64,000 nt of DNA from Haliotis rufescens. Its lineage: Eukaryota. Position 1 is the stretch's first letter. Each line of letters starts with the position of its first letter. The notes under the pieces are model-generated. The model saw nothing but the letters and a program-made list of their open reading frames with translations. It ran no database searches and was not told the origin of the DNA. This document shows positions 49,901 through 62,100 of this stretch, piece by piece. The translations under genes and the position numbers were made by a program. The stretch lies in the NCBI RefSeq assembly GCF_023055435.1, contig NW_025964223.1, forward strand, positions 36,828,001-36,892,000, given 5' to 3'.

Positions 49901-51670
49901 GGAGCCTGGGCTAGGAGATACACACTGGCCACATCACAACAATACTAGCCTGGGAGCCTGGGCTAGGAGATACACACTGGCCACATCACCACAATACTAG
50001 CCTGGGAACCTAGGCAGGAGATACACACTGGCCACATCACAACAATACTAGCCTGAGAACCTAGGCAGGAGATACACACTGGCCACATCACCACAATACT
50101 AGCCTTGGAGCCTGGGATAAGAGATACACACTGGCCACATCACCACAATACTAGCCTGGGAACCTGGGCTAGGAGATACACACTGGCCACATCACCACAA
50201 TACTAGCCTGGGAACCTAGGCAGGAGATACACACTGGCCACATCACCACAATACTAGCCTGGGAACCTAGGCAGGAGATACACACTGGCCACATCACCAC
50301 AATACTAGCCTGGGAGCCTGGGATAAGAGATACACACTGGCCACATCACCACAATACTAGCCTGGGAGCCTGGGCTAGGAGATACACATTGGCCACATCA
50401 CAACAATACTAGCCTGGGAGCCTGGGCTAGGAGATACACACTGGCCACATCACCACAATACTAGCCTGGGAGCCTGGGCTAGGAGATACACACTGGCCAC
50501 ATCACAACAATACTAGCCTGGGAGCCTGGGCTAGGAGATACACACTGGCCACATCACCACAATACTAGCCTGGGAGCCTAGGCAGGAGATACACACTGGC
50601 CACATCACCACAATACTAGCCTGGGTGCCTGGGCTAGGAGATACACACTGGCCACATCACCACAATACTAGCCTGGGAACCTAGGCAGGAGATACACACT
50701 GGCCACATCACAACAATACTAGCCTGAGAACCTAGGCAGGAGATACACACTGGCCACATCACCACAATACTAGCCTGGGAACCTGGGCTAGGAGATACAC
50801 ACTGGCCACATCACCACAATACTAGCCTTGGAGCCTGGGATAAGAGATACACACTGGCCACATCACAACAATACTAGCCTGGGAACCTAGGCAGGAGGCA
50901 CACACTGGCCACATCACCACAATACTAGCCTGGGAACCTTGGCAGGAGATACACACTGGCCACATCACCACAATACTAGCCTGGGAGCCTGGGCTAGGAG
51001 ATACACACTGGCCACATCACCACAATACTAGCCTGGGAGCCTGGGCTAGGAGATACACACTGGCCACATCACAACAATACTAGCCTGGGAGCCTGGGCTA
51101 GGAGATACACACTGGCCACATCACCACAATACTAGCCTGGGTGCCTGGGCTAGGAGATACACACTGGCCACATCACCACAATACTAGCCTGGGAACCTAG
51201 GCAGGAGATACACACTGGCCACATCACAACAATACTAGCCTGAGAACCTAGGCAGGAGATACACACTGGCCACATCACCACAATACTAGCCTGGGAACCT
51301 GGGCTAGGAGATACACACTGGCCACATCACCACAATACTAGCCTTGGAGCCTGGGATAAGAGATACACACTGGCCACATCACAACAATACTAGCCTGGGA
51401 ACCTAGGCAGGAGGCACACACTGGCCACATCACCACAATACTAGCCTGGGAACCTTGGCAGGAGATACACACTGGCCACATCACCACAATACTAGCCTGG
51501 GAGCCTGGGCTAGGAGATACACACTGGCCACATCACCACAATACTAGCCTGAGAACCTAGGCAGGAGATACACACTGGCCACATCACCACAATACTAGCC
51601 TGGGAGCCTGGGCTAGGAGATACACACTGGCCACATCACTACAATACTAGCCTGAGAGCCTGGGCTAGGT
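46963..51670. repeat. 51/52-bp minisatellite, about 90 copies, abutting a splice acceptor
   Basis: Unit caatactagcctgggagcctaggcaggagatacacactggccacatcacca. Confidence 0.97.
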
Positions 51671-52014
51671 GACACATATCATGTGCCGGTATTCACAGCA
51701 ATGGAATCAAATTAATTTGCTCTGTCAAAATCAACAATATATAAGTTCAATGTTTTGAGCAAGAAAAACATTAACAAAAGAAACTGACTTCCAGTCCACA
51801 AGTTGAACATTATTTATGACAATGTAGATTTAAACGTGATACACATTAGGCAGATGAGAGGAGCAGCCAAGACACTACTCTACAAGCACAAAGCACATAG
51901 AACTGCCAGCACACAAGTAATGAAACAAATCCATTTTATATACTGCCTGACTCAAAGATTCACAACAAAAAAACATTTAAGAAATAAGGAATAGCTACAA
52001 TTAATGTGCAAAAA

Positions 52015-52801
52015 ATGAGACCTGTTTGTGAAGTTGTTTTTTAACTAGTGGTTCAGGAGCAAATAACATCAGTTAAAATAAAGGTCTGAAGTGCGCAATA
52101 ATAGTCAAATGTTACAAATGAAGTATTAAATGTACTTATAAATGACAAAACACAAACAGACGCTATATGAGAGAAAGAACAATGTGTACTAAAGAACATG
52201 GTGCACACAAAAGTACACCAATGCTGAAGAACAATGGTGATAATAAGGAACGCCAGACTGGACTGCAATTTTTACAACATTCAGAGTTAATTTGGCTTGT
52301 TCTGCATGAGGCTTCCACATCTGTCAGATTTCCAACATAACACAAACAAGAAAATATGTTTCAAAATGTCCTGCTTTCCTGGTGACAATGACTAAAGGTT
52401 GGAAATAATCGTAACATGTATATGACATTGTTCAGTGGGTACACAAGGAATAACATAATACATTGTGCACCTCTGTGTCGTGTTGCTCATTGCCAATATT
52501 ATTATATACACAGCACCACAATCTGATTAAACTCAGAATATCGTACAAATTGCAGTGCCATCTGGCTGTCTTTATTGTCAACGTTGTTCTTCAGCATATG
52601 GTGTCCTTTTGTATGCACCAACATTTTTTAGTACACATTGTTCTTTCTTCCATAAGGCGTCTACTTGTTTTGTATTTTTTTTTACCTTTTTTAGTTACAT
52701 TTAATACTTTATTCATACCATTTGACTATTAGTGTGTACTGTTGACCTTTATTTTAAATGATATATTGTTTTTTTAGACAACGGCCGCAACGGCTGTGGT
52801 A
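52015..52801. mobile_element. Degenerate long-TIR element related to 32718-34188
   Basis: About 52060-52295 and 52520-52775 are inverted; shares aataatagtcaaa(t/c)gttac and aaacagacgc with the IS3EU-like TIR; ends approximate. Confidence 0.7.
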
Positions 52802-53416
52802 AAGCAGGAAACCCATCAACAAAGAGGTCTTTACACTGATCCCCACTGTTAAAACACTGAGAAATCACTCATTCTGAATAAATAAGTTCTGTTTCTTGTT
52901 AAAACTTGAATCTTCACAAAAAAAAGTATTTCTGCAATGAGGTTATAACCATTGTATACATCCCAATCCCACAGATTTATGAACTATGAATGAGTACTTT
53001 ACAGTACAGCATGTTTCACAGAGCATCAGATCTCTGTGAGTTAGCCCCACTGTGCAATGTGATGGAGAGAAGTCCAGAGAGAGTCCGATGAAAGGCAGAG
53101 AGAGAGGATCTCGGCACTAAATGAAATGGCCATCACCAAACTGAAACAGAACTACGCTAGGTGCTTGGTGGTGGGTCATCTGGTATCACTAGCCCCACAG
53201 ATCACTGACAGGCCAAAACATAAATATTATCTCAAACAAGTGACAACCTATGTCAACACAACAATTTGAGAGAATTTTTATTTGTGTTTTCACTGATAAA
53301 GTTTGATTGTTTGGACATTTTACTGGACTGATCTGTGAGGAGCATCATGCAAGCTGAGCATGAGCCCAGTGAAGGAGGAGGGGGGCATCGCACATGACGA
53401 CGCTTTGGAGAGATAC

Positions 53417-53455
53417 CTGGGAGAACGGCTACGTGTGGGGGACGGGGACAGTGAC
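53417..53455 (-). CDS. ASK-family MAP3K small linker exon
   Basis: Strong acceptor ttttgttgcag; (R)SLSPSPTRSRSP; donor gtatct is uncertain because a same-phase donor gtaaaa lies about 93 nt further on. Confidence 0.65.
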
Positions 53456-53816
53456 CTGCAACAAAAGTAAACAAAAACATGCTATAGATGTTACACAACT
53501 GCTTCTACAAACACATGAAGCTTGCTCTCTGCAAGATACAAGAGAGGTCAGCCAGCAAGTCATTGGTCTTTACAAATTAGGAAGAAGAAAACAAGGAAAC
53601 TCAAATAAACACATGCAAACAAGGAACATTTCCCACTGAAAGGAAGATCAGGTTAGCTTCTCTAAACCACAAAACTACAGCTCAACAGAAGTATATCACA
53701 AGCAACTCACCTCTGCCTGAACGGTCTATATATTTGGCCATAACGAATCCCTTGAAGGAGTTGTCAAACTAGCTATTAACCTTATATGTAAATGTATCTT
53801 TAATATATATGTGTTA

Positions 53817-54221
53817 GGGACTGGTCACTTATTAAAGGGAGGGTGTGAGGGTGGGTGGGTGGGGGTCGGGGTGGGGATGAGGGTGGATTATCATGATAAA
53901 AAGTCAGCGTAAGATGGAGGTAGCCAAACTTTATCAGGGGCAGAGGGCATGAAAAAATGACAGTTCTATTTTTTCAAAAAACTAAATTATAAATTTGAAC
54001 ATGATTTATATTAAGGGTGTGGTAAATTATAAGGGGGTGGGGGGAATGTTACATGTATTTGAAGGGGGTGGGGTGGGGGGTGGAGGCATGGAAAAATGTT
54101 ACATACAATGGGGTGTGTGTGGAGGTCGGCAAAATATGATACAGTCCTGAGACCAATCACACTGGACACCCCGTACCTCCATCCCACCACAACCATCCAT
54201 CTATAGTAAATGATCAGTCCC
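53817..54221. mobile_element. G-rich MITE with TTA target duplication (Harbinger-like)
   Basis: TIRs gggactggtcacttatta / gggactgatcatttacta with tta on both sides. Confidence 0.72.
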
Positions 54222-54813
54222 TTACTACATGGTTTCAGATCAATATTCTAAGCAATACTGGCATGAATTACAGCAGATATAAGCTCCCGAGCTTGTGCAA
54301 CCCAGCACACCAATTATGCAGGTTAATCATCCCATACTGTGATCACACAGGGGTTGTACACTGCACTTTGTAAGCACTATACACAACCACTACACGACAG
54401 CCACCAGACTTACAGTTATATACCCATCACTTCTTGACAGTACGCGGAGACACATTCTATCTACAATTAAACAGAACTTCAGCATTGCAACACTTAAAAT
54501 ATACCACCTTACTCACCAAGTCTATTCTACATAATGTGAGCCCACACATACATACAGAAGCATAGTCCCAAAAAACTGAAGGGTTCTCTACTCTACTATA
54601 GATACAACATACAAAGCTGTCATAATGCATACATAGAAAATTATATGTACAACAAATGTCCTCTGGTGCAAAGTTATATTACTGTGTACTTCTATCAACT
54701 GCTAAGGTCTTGGTAATGTGGTAATACTGTGAATCAAGCGAGAGTAGGAGAGGGAGGCAGGAGAACATCCATGCGGACATGCCCAGACTGACAGACCATG
54801 TGACCACACATAC

Positions 54814-54867
54814 CTGGCGGAGCGTCGCAGCCGCTCAGAGAAACATCGTTTACGACCAGCATCCCCC
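54814..54867 (-). CDS. ASK-family MAP3K small linker exon
   Basis: cttacag / gtatgt; (R)GDAGRKRCFSERLRRSA; 54 nt, phase 2-2. Confidence 0.75.
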
Positions 54868-55687
54868 CTGTAAGTGTGGTAGATTTGAAGAAGAGAATGA
54901 ACACCTACGACCACACAGACTGACTCACAGAGACAACACCAAGACTTATAGACAGCGGTACCAGGTCACCAATCTTGGAAACACAGGACACTGGTCACCC
55001 GTCTCGGAACCACAGGTCATAGTGTCAGAAGATTTCATGTACTACCCTTGTTCTTGCTATGGAATACAGTTATTCTGACACTCAGTTTGTATGACATACA
55101 TGCTCATATAATAATCTCTATTTATGATATAAGATAGCAGGCAGGGTCATCCTTTGATTAAAGAGACTTTGTTGATTAAGAGTAACATCAACCAGTGTTT
55201 CTGGCTTTTTTAACTTGAGGAAAAACAATGCAATGTGACAGTAAAATGTCTTCTTCCATAATGCAACAGTGCTAGTTTCTTGAAGTGGCCAGGAGACAGG
55301 GTACTTGTCATCACTTGCCATTTATATTTCAACCAGCTAATGTACCTTATAAAGTCAATCTTTGTCTGCATACTTTGTCGCTGTCTTAAGGACATTGTTA
55401 GATGCCCCGTTACAGCAGTTTAAATCCAACAAAGTAAAATAGTTCCCATTTTATGACAGGGCACTTATTACTTCAATGAAGGCAAAATTGAATAAGAGGT
55501 GTGCAAAACCGTTCCTTAACTGTAATCTCTCTATGTGACGGCATGGCTCCATAGTAATGTATGAATAGAACATAATACCTAAATATACACACAAACTGAC
55601 TTGTAGATGTTCTGATGTCTCCATTAAGATGGAGGTTTCATCCATGTGACTGAACATTAACACAGTGAAAACACAAATACCTTGATA

Positions 55688-55855
55688 CAGTAAAGTACAC
55701 GGTTATAACCAACTCAAAGGGACCACAGATTTTAGTTTGATGTAAATGTTGTTCGTTTTAAGCATATATATACAGCTAATGGCCAGGACCAAAAAATATG
55801 TTGGCCATGTCCGTCAGTTTGTCATAAGCGTGTTCATTATCAACACAGTTTACTG
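55688..55855. mobile_element. Degenerate pogo/Tigger-type MITE
   Basis: ta|cagtaaagtacacggttataaccaac ... gttcattatcaacacagtttactg. Confidence 0.5.
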
Positions 55856-56134
55856 TTCATGAAATTAAAGCTGGGAGACTTCTCTATCTGGCATCTGATT
55901 CGAGTAAAGTATGGACTCAGCTGGTTTCTACGTAGGTCAGACAAGCACCAGAGAATGCACGGCAATTGAAACAGTTAAAATAATAAGAAGCTTTGGAATA
56001 CTTACCTCACACAAAGTTTGGTATTAAATACAGAACAGCAGATATCCTTATTTTAAGTAAAACATTAGTTCTGCTTGAACCTGACTCTACATGTAGAGCC
56101 ATGGTAGAGTTAACCTCTCTCACAACATGTCCTG

Positions 56135-56240
56135 CACATGTGCATTCACATATGCACACGCCTGCACAGACACATGTGCACACATGCACTCACACATGTG
56201 CACACATGCACTCACACATGTGCACACATGCACTCACGCA
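56135..56240. repeat. CA/CATG-rich simple repeat
   Basis: cacacatgtgcacacatgcact iterations. Confidence 0.85.
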
Positions 56241-56520
56241 GGTAGGCAGGCATGCACACATATTCTGTTGTAGGGATTAGATAGGTCCAACAGTAGCATA
56301 TATAAACCCCTTGCACTCTCTCACTTTTAGTTCTCTCACTCTCCCCACACATTACATGTCAGGTACTGAAGCAAACAGAATATAGGCCTTCTCTTATACT
56401 TAGCTATGATTTTAGCACTTCAAAAGTTGGAAGTCCCATACACATCTATGTGGAAAGCAAGAAACAAGTCAAGTGCAACAAGCCATAAGCAGTACTTGGG
56501 CAAGTTAGGGACACATAGGG

Positions 56521-57035
56521 AGCATCTTCTTGAGGCAAGGGAGCTAACTGACTGTAAAAGTCGAGTTCCCACCCTTGACGAACCAGGCTGGTATTTAATG
56601 GCTCGAATGTGACACCAAGAGTGGCTAAAATATGTTATATTCCCCTTCTATGTCCCTCCTATTGACCAATCAGATTCCTCCACTGATGTCACTTGCATTT
56701 ACTTCAAACAAAATGGCGGCACCCAGTCACGATAATCTGATCAATAATCAAGACCTTTATCATAATAAAATGGGTCTTACCTCGTGATAAGCATCAAATC
56801 ATTTGAACTCCTTCATTAAAAACATGAAAAGATTTGGAAAATAAATGTCATTCGCCAGTTGATGGTAAACATGCTCTGCAAATCCTGCAATCAGTCGGCG
56901 ATTTTGAATTTTGATTGAACTATGCATAGACTTGTTAGTCCAGCCCAAATATAACACCATAATTCCAGCCTTGTTTGGCAAGGGTGGAAACTGGACTTTT
57001 ATAGTCAGTTCACTCCCTTGCCTCGGGAAGATGGT
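56521..57035. mobile_element. MITE with about 75-bp TIRs and 4-bp TSD
   Basis: agcatcttcttgaggcaagggag... / ...ctcccttgcctcgggaagatggt; aggg at 56517-56520 and 57036-57039. Confidence 0.88.
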
Positions 57036-57649
57036 AGGGAGGGAATTATGACATGACTACTCTGACAGGGAAGTTAGCAAATGGAGGCAGCTCTTGGAGC
57101 TAAACTGGATCTGCAAGTGTTCACACGTGATGGACAGATGTCATTTGGAACAGTTCAAATCACACATACATGTTTCAACTATTCTCATCACTCTTCACTT
57201 GTGATTAAACTGATGATTTACTGGAACTTAAAATGTTTCATACCAGTTATACTGAAACTATTACTTGAATATGTTTGGCCCTACCCAAATGCAATGCACC
57301 ACCTCATACAGACATTGTTTTCTTACAGCCCTAGACGTACAAATGACCAATTTCATGTCTAAAGAGGACTCCATTCATCAATGCATCAACATTTTGTCGT
57401 AACGAAACTGACATTAACAACGGAGAGTGTACCCATCACAACTGAAATGTGTTTTGCCTAAGACAAGAGATGACTGACACGATGGTACCTTAACATTTGC
57501 TGTAGTTTAACAAGTTCAGGAGGTTGTGTGCTGATGATCAGAATGCTCAACATGTGCAAGGTAGATTAGAATGCATGGCTTGACTTAATGCTGAAGAAGT
57601 TGGGTTAGTAGAGTTGTCTACCCTTCACCAAGGTCATCTGACCACCTAC

Positions 57650-57703
57650 CTCATGCATGACTGAATGTCAAGAAAATCTGAGTAACTGGCAGTACTGTGG
57701 AGC
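57650..57703 (-). CDS. ASK-family MAP3K small linker exon
   Basis: tttatttcag / gtaggt; (G)LHSTASYSDFLDIQSCM; 54 nt, phase 2-2. Confidence 0.7.
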
Positions 57704-58452
57704 CTGAAATAAACACTACCTGGGTAACAAAATGTCTGCTGTTGTCTAACCATGTCACAGGGAAGTCATTTTCATAGAATACAAGCACCGACACCTCTGT
57801 TCAAGTGGTGACATTTACACATCCAACAAAGTTGAACGGGTGCCAAGATGATCATACACCTATATTCAAGAACGGGAGCTGTCACAGTAGTGGTCCTGTG
57901 CTCGCTTTGTGGAATGGTGTTCTGATTATTTTGGAGGTTAAATCCACCTTCAAGGAGACTGGTGGGAGAAATGCTCACAACAGTTTCACAAAAGAATGTG
58001 CTTGCACAGTTAAACTGCCACCCAAGCCTGGCTAATTGCCATATTGCTGACTAGTATGTGACCCAGTTATCAGAGCCTACTGGTGTTACTGGCTTCATCA
58101 CACAGATCAACAATAGGTCAGTAGGCATAACAAGCAGATATACTTCAGAAGCACTACATTCATGCTAAAACACACATGATATGATAAGTGAATATCACAT
58201 GGATGTCATTTTCATACTGATGCATGTAGGCTTGAAATTTCCATTTATTCAGTTCCTCATTGCTAAATGGTAACAAGAGACATTAACCCACCATATTAAA
58301 GTATCTAGCTGCAATAAACTAGGAGGTACTCGTACTAAACTTTACAAAGTATGGCATGACAAACATAGAGGAAAAGAGAATACCAAACATCTAGAAATGT
58401 GAGAGAGATGCCCCCCCATTTGGACCCTCCCTCGAAGGCCACACCCTCTTAC

Positions 58453-58518
58453 CCTTCTTCTTCCACAGTTTCCAGCTCAGTCAGGTTCTCCATGCTGCTG
58501 CAGCCCTCGCGACGTAAT
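58453..58518 (-). CDS. ASK-family MAP3K small linker exon
   Basis: tttgacag / gtaaga; (K)LRREGCSSMENLTELETVEEE; 66 nt, phase 2-2. Confidence 0.8.
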
Positions 58519-58649
58519 CTGTCAAATTAAAAGAAAGTTTATGGTACGAGTATGTTTCCAGCCTGGCTTACATGGAAGTGCTGAACTGACCTGCTTTGGA
58601 CAATATACATATGCTGTAAAGGGAAAGACAACGTTCAAATCAGAGTTCT

Positions 58650-58800
58650 GCTGTGCGAGTTATGGCGTAATGTCATGGGAAGCAATGCTCCAGTAATACC
58701 CTGGTGCAAGTGTCAGTTGGCTTCACACAATTTACCAATGTGCAGAATTAAACCAAGGTTTTCAGCATAAAGGCAACACAGCACTAGGCTACTTCACCTA
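58650..58800 (-). mobile_element. Highly degenerate SINE family A copy
   Basis: tggcttcacacaatttaccaatgtg...cactaggctac. Confidence 0.6.
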
Positions 58801-59056
58801 TGAAAACGAAGAGAAAGAAATGGTAATATTTAGTTCACTACTACTAAAGAGTGTGAAAGCTTCTCTGAACCAAACTAATCCACAATTAAATGGTTCTGTT
58901 CATATTCACATTCTATCTTGATGTAGCTAAGGCTTAGAATATAGGCATTTGGGGATATGTATCGTACCATGTTCACAGAATCTTTGACTGAAGTTGTGTA
59001 TGACTGTGTACTACATTTCTGTATACAAGATACACATATATGTTTTACATACATAC

Positions 59057-59120
59057 TTGGAGACCCGAGGGATCCGTAGCTTGAGTTCCTTAATTTCTTC
59101 TACCTGCTTGTCACATGGCT
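59057..59120 (-). CDS. ASK-family MAP3K exon
   Basis: Long pyrimidine tract then cacag / gtatgt; EPCDKQVEEIKELKLRIPRVS; phase 1-2. Confidence 0.82.
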
Positions 59121-59182
59121 CTGTGAAGACAAGGGCAGGAGAAACAGATAGAGAGTTACTTGCAAAGTACACATTAACAATG

Positions 59183-62100
59183 GGGGACATGTTCTTCCCC
59201 TGAAAACCCCATGGAGATTCCTGCAAGGGGTACTGGGGACCTGTTCTTCCCCTGAAAACCCCAGGGAGATACAAGCAAGGGATACTGGGGACTTGTTCTT
59301 CCCCTGAAAACCCCAGGGAGATGTAAGCAAGGGGTACTGGGGACCTGTTCTTCCCCTGCAAACCCAAGGGAGATACCTGCAAGGGATACTGGGGACTTGT
59401 TTTTCCCCTGAAAACCCCAGGGAGATAAAAGCAAGGGGTACTGGGGACTTGTTCTTCCCCTGAAAACCCCAGGGAGATACCTGCAAGGGGTACTAGGGGA
59501 CCTGTTCTTCCCCTGAAAACCCCAGGGAGATACAAGCAAGGGGTACTGGGGACTTGTTCTTCCCCTGAAAACCCCAGGGAGATACCTGCAAGGGGTACTG
59601 GGGACATGTTCTAACCCTGAAAACCCCAGGGAGATACCTGCAAGGGGTACTGGGGACATGTTCTTACCCTGAAAAAAACCCAGGGAGATTCCTGCAAGGG
59701 GTACTGGGGACCTGTTCTTCCCCTGAAAACCCCAGGGAGATACAAGCAAGGGGTACTGGGGACCTGTTCTTCCCCTGAAAACCCCAGGGAGATACAAGCA
59801 AGGGGTACTGGGGACCTGTTCTTCGAATTCCCCTGAAAACCCCAGGGAGATACCTGCAAGGGGTCCTGAGAATTTCTTCTTCGCCCTGAAAAGCCCAGGG
59901 AGATACCTGCAAGGGGTACTGGGGACTTGTTCTTACCCTGAAAACCCCAGGGAGATACAAGCAAGGGGTACTGGGGACTTGTTCTTACCCTGAAAACCCC
60001 AGGGAGATACCTGCAAGGGGTACTGGGGACCTGTTCTTCGAATTCCCCTGAAAACCCCAGGGAGATACCTGCAAGGGGTACTGGGGATGTGTTCTTACCC
60101 TGAAAACCCCAGGGAGATACAAGCAAGGGGTACTGGGGACCTGTTCTTCCCCTGAAAACCCCAGGGAGATACAAGCAAGGGGTACTGGGGACTTGTTCTT
60201 CCCCTGAAAACCCCAGGGAGATACCTGCAAGGGGTACTGGGGACTTGTTCTTCCCCTGAAAACCCCAGGGAGATACAAGCAAGGGGTACTGGGGACTTGT
60301 TCTTCCCCTGAAAACCCCAGGGAGATACAAGCAAGGGGTACTGGGGACATGTTCTTACCCTGAAAACCCCAGGGAGATACAAGCAAGGGGTACTGGGGAC
60401 CTGTTCTTCCCCTGAAAACCCCAGGGAGATACAAGCAAGGGGTACATGGGACCTGTTCTTCCCCTGAAAACCCCAGGGAGATACCTGCAAGGGGTACTGG
60501 GGACCTGTTCTTCGAATTCCCCTGAAAACCCCAGGGAGATACAAGCAAGGGGTACTGGGGACCTGTTCTTCGAATTCCCCTGCAAACCCAAGGGAGATAC
60601 CTGCAAGGGGTACTGGGGACCTGTTCTTCCCCTGAAAACCCCAGGGAGATACAAGCAAGGGGTACTGGGGACCTGTTCTTCCCCTGAAAACCCCAGGGAG
60701 ATACAAGCAAGGGGTACTGGGGACCTGTTCTTCGAATTCCCCTGAAAACCCCAGGGAGATACAAGCAAGGGGTACTGGGGACCTGTTCTTCCCCTGAAAA
60801 CCCCAGGGAGATACAAGCAAGGGGTACTGGGGACCTGTTCTTCCCCTGAAAACCCCAGGGAGATACAAGCAAGGGGTACTGGGGACCTGTTCTTCCCCTG
60901 AAAACCCCAGGGAGATACAAGCAAGGGGTACTGGGGACTTGTTCTTCGAATTCCCCTGAAAACCCCAGGGAGATACCTGCAAGGGGTCCTGGGAATTTCT
61001 TCTTCGCCCTGAAAAGCCCAGGGAGATACCTGCAAGGGGTACTGGGGACTTGTTCTTACCCTGAAAACCCCAGGGAGATACCTGCAAGGGGTACTGGGGA
61101 CTTGTTCTTACCCTAAAAACCCCATGGAGATACAAGCAAGAGGTACTGGGGACTTGTTCTTACCCTGAAAACCCCAGGGAGATACAAGCAAGGGGTACTG
61201 GGGACCTGTTCTTCCCCTGAAAACCCCAGGGAGATACAAGCAAGGGGTACTGGGGACCTGTTCTTACCCTGAAAACCCCAGGGAGATACCTGCAAGGGGT
61301 ACTGGGGACCTGTTCTTACCCTTAAAACCCCAGGGAGATACAAGCAAGGGGTACTGGGGACCTGTTCTTCCCCTGAAAACCCCAGGGAGATACAAGCAAG
61401 GGGTACTGGGGACTTGTTCTTCCCCTGAAAACCCCAGGGAGATACCTGCAAGGGGTACTGGGGACTTGTTCTTCCCCTGCAAACCCCAGGGAGATACAAG
61501 CAAGGGGTACTGGGGACTTGTTCTTCCCCTGCAAACCCCATGGAGATACAAGCAAGGGGTACTGGGGACTTGTTCTTCCCCTGAAAACCCCATGGAGATA
61601 CAAGCAAGGGGTACTGGGGACTTGTTCTTACCCTGAAAACCCCAGGGAGATACCTGCAAGGAGTACTAGGGACTTGTTCTTCCCCTGAAAACCCCAGGGA
61701 GATACAAGCAAGGGGTACTGGGGACTTGTTCTTACCCTGAAAACCCCAGGGGGATACAAGCAAGAGGTACTGGGGACCTGTTATTACCCTGAAAACCCCA
61801 GGGAGATACCTGCAAGGGGTACTGGGGACCTGTTCTTACCCTGAAAACCCAAGGGAGATACCTGCAAGGGGTACTGGGGACCTGTTCTTACCCTGAAAAC
61901 CCCATGGAGATACAAGCAAGAGGTACTGGGGACCTGTTCTTCCCCTGAAAACCCCAGGGAGATACCTGCAAGGGGTACTGGGGACTTGTTCTTCCCCTGA
62001 AAACCCCAGGGAGTTACCTGCAAGGGGTACTGGGGACTTGTTCTTACCCTGAAAACCCCAGGGACATACCTGCAAGGGGTACTGGGGACCTGTTCTTACC

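Noticed and set aside
53000-53140. Extra kinase exon after the acceptor-like ttctgtttcag at 53141
   Set aside because: In the required phase it hits a stop after about 32 codons and has no good donor.
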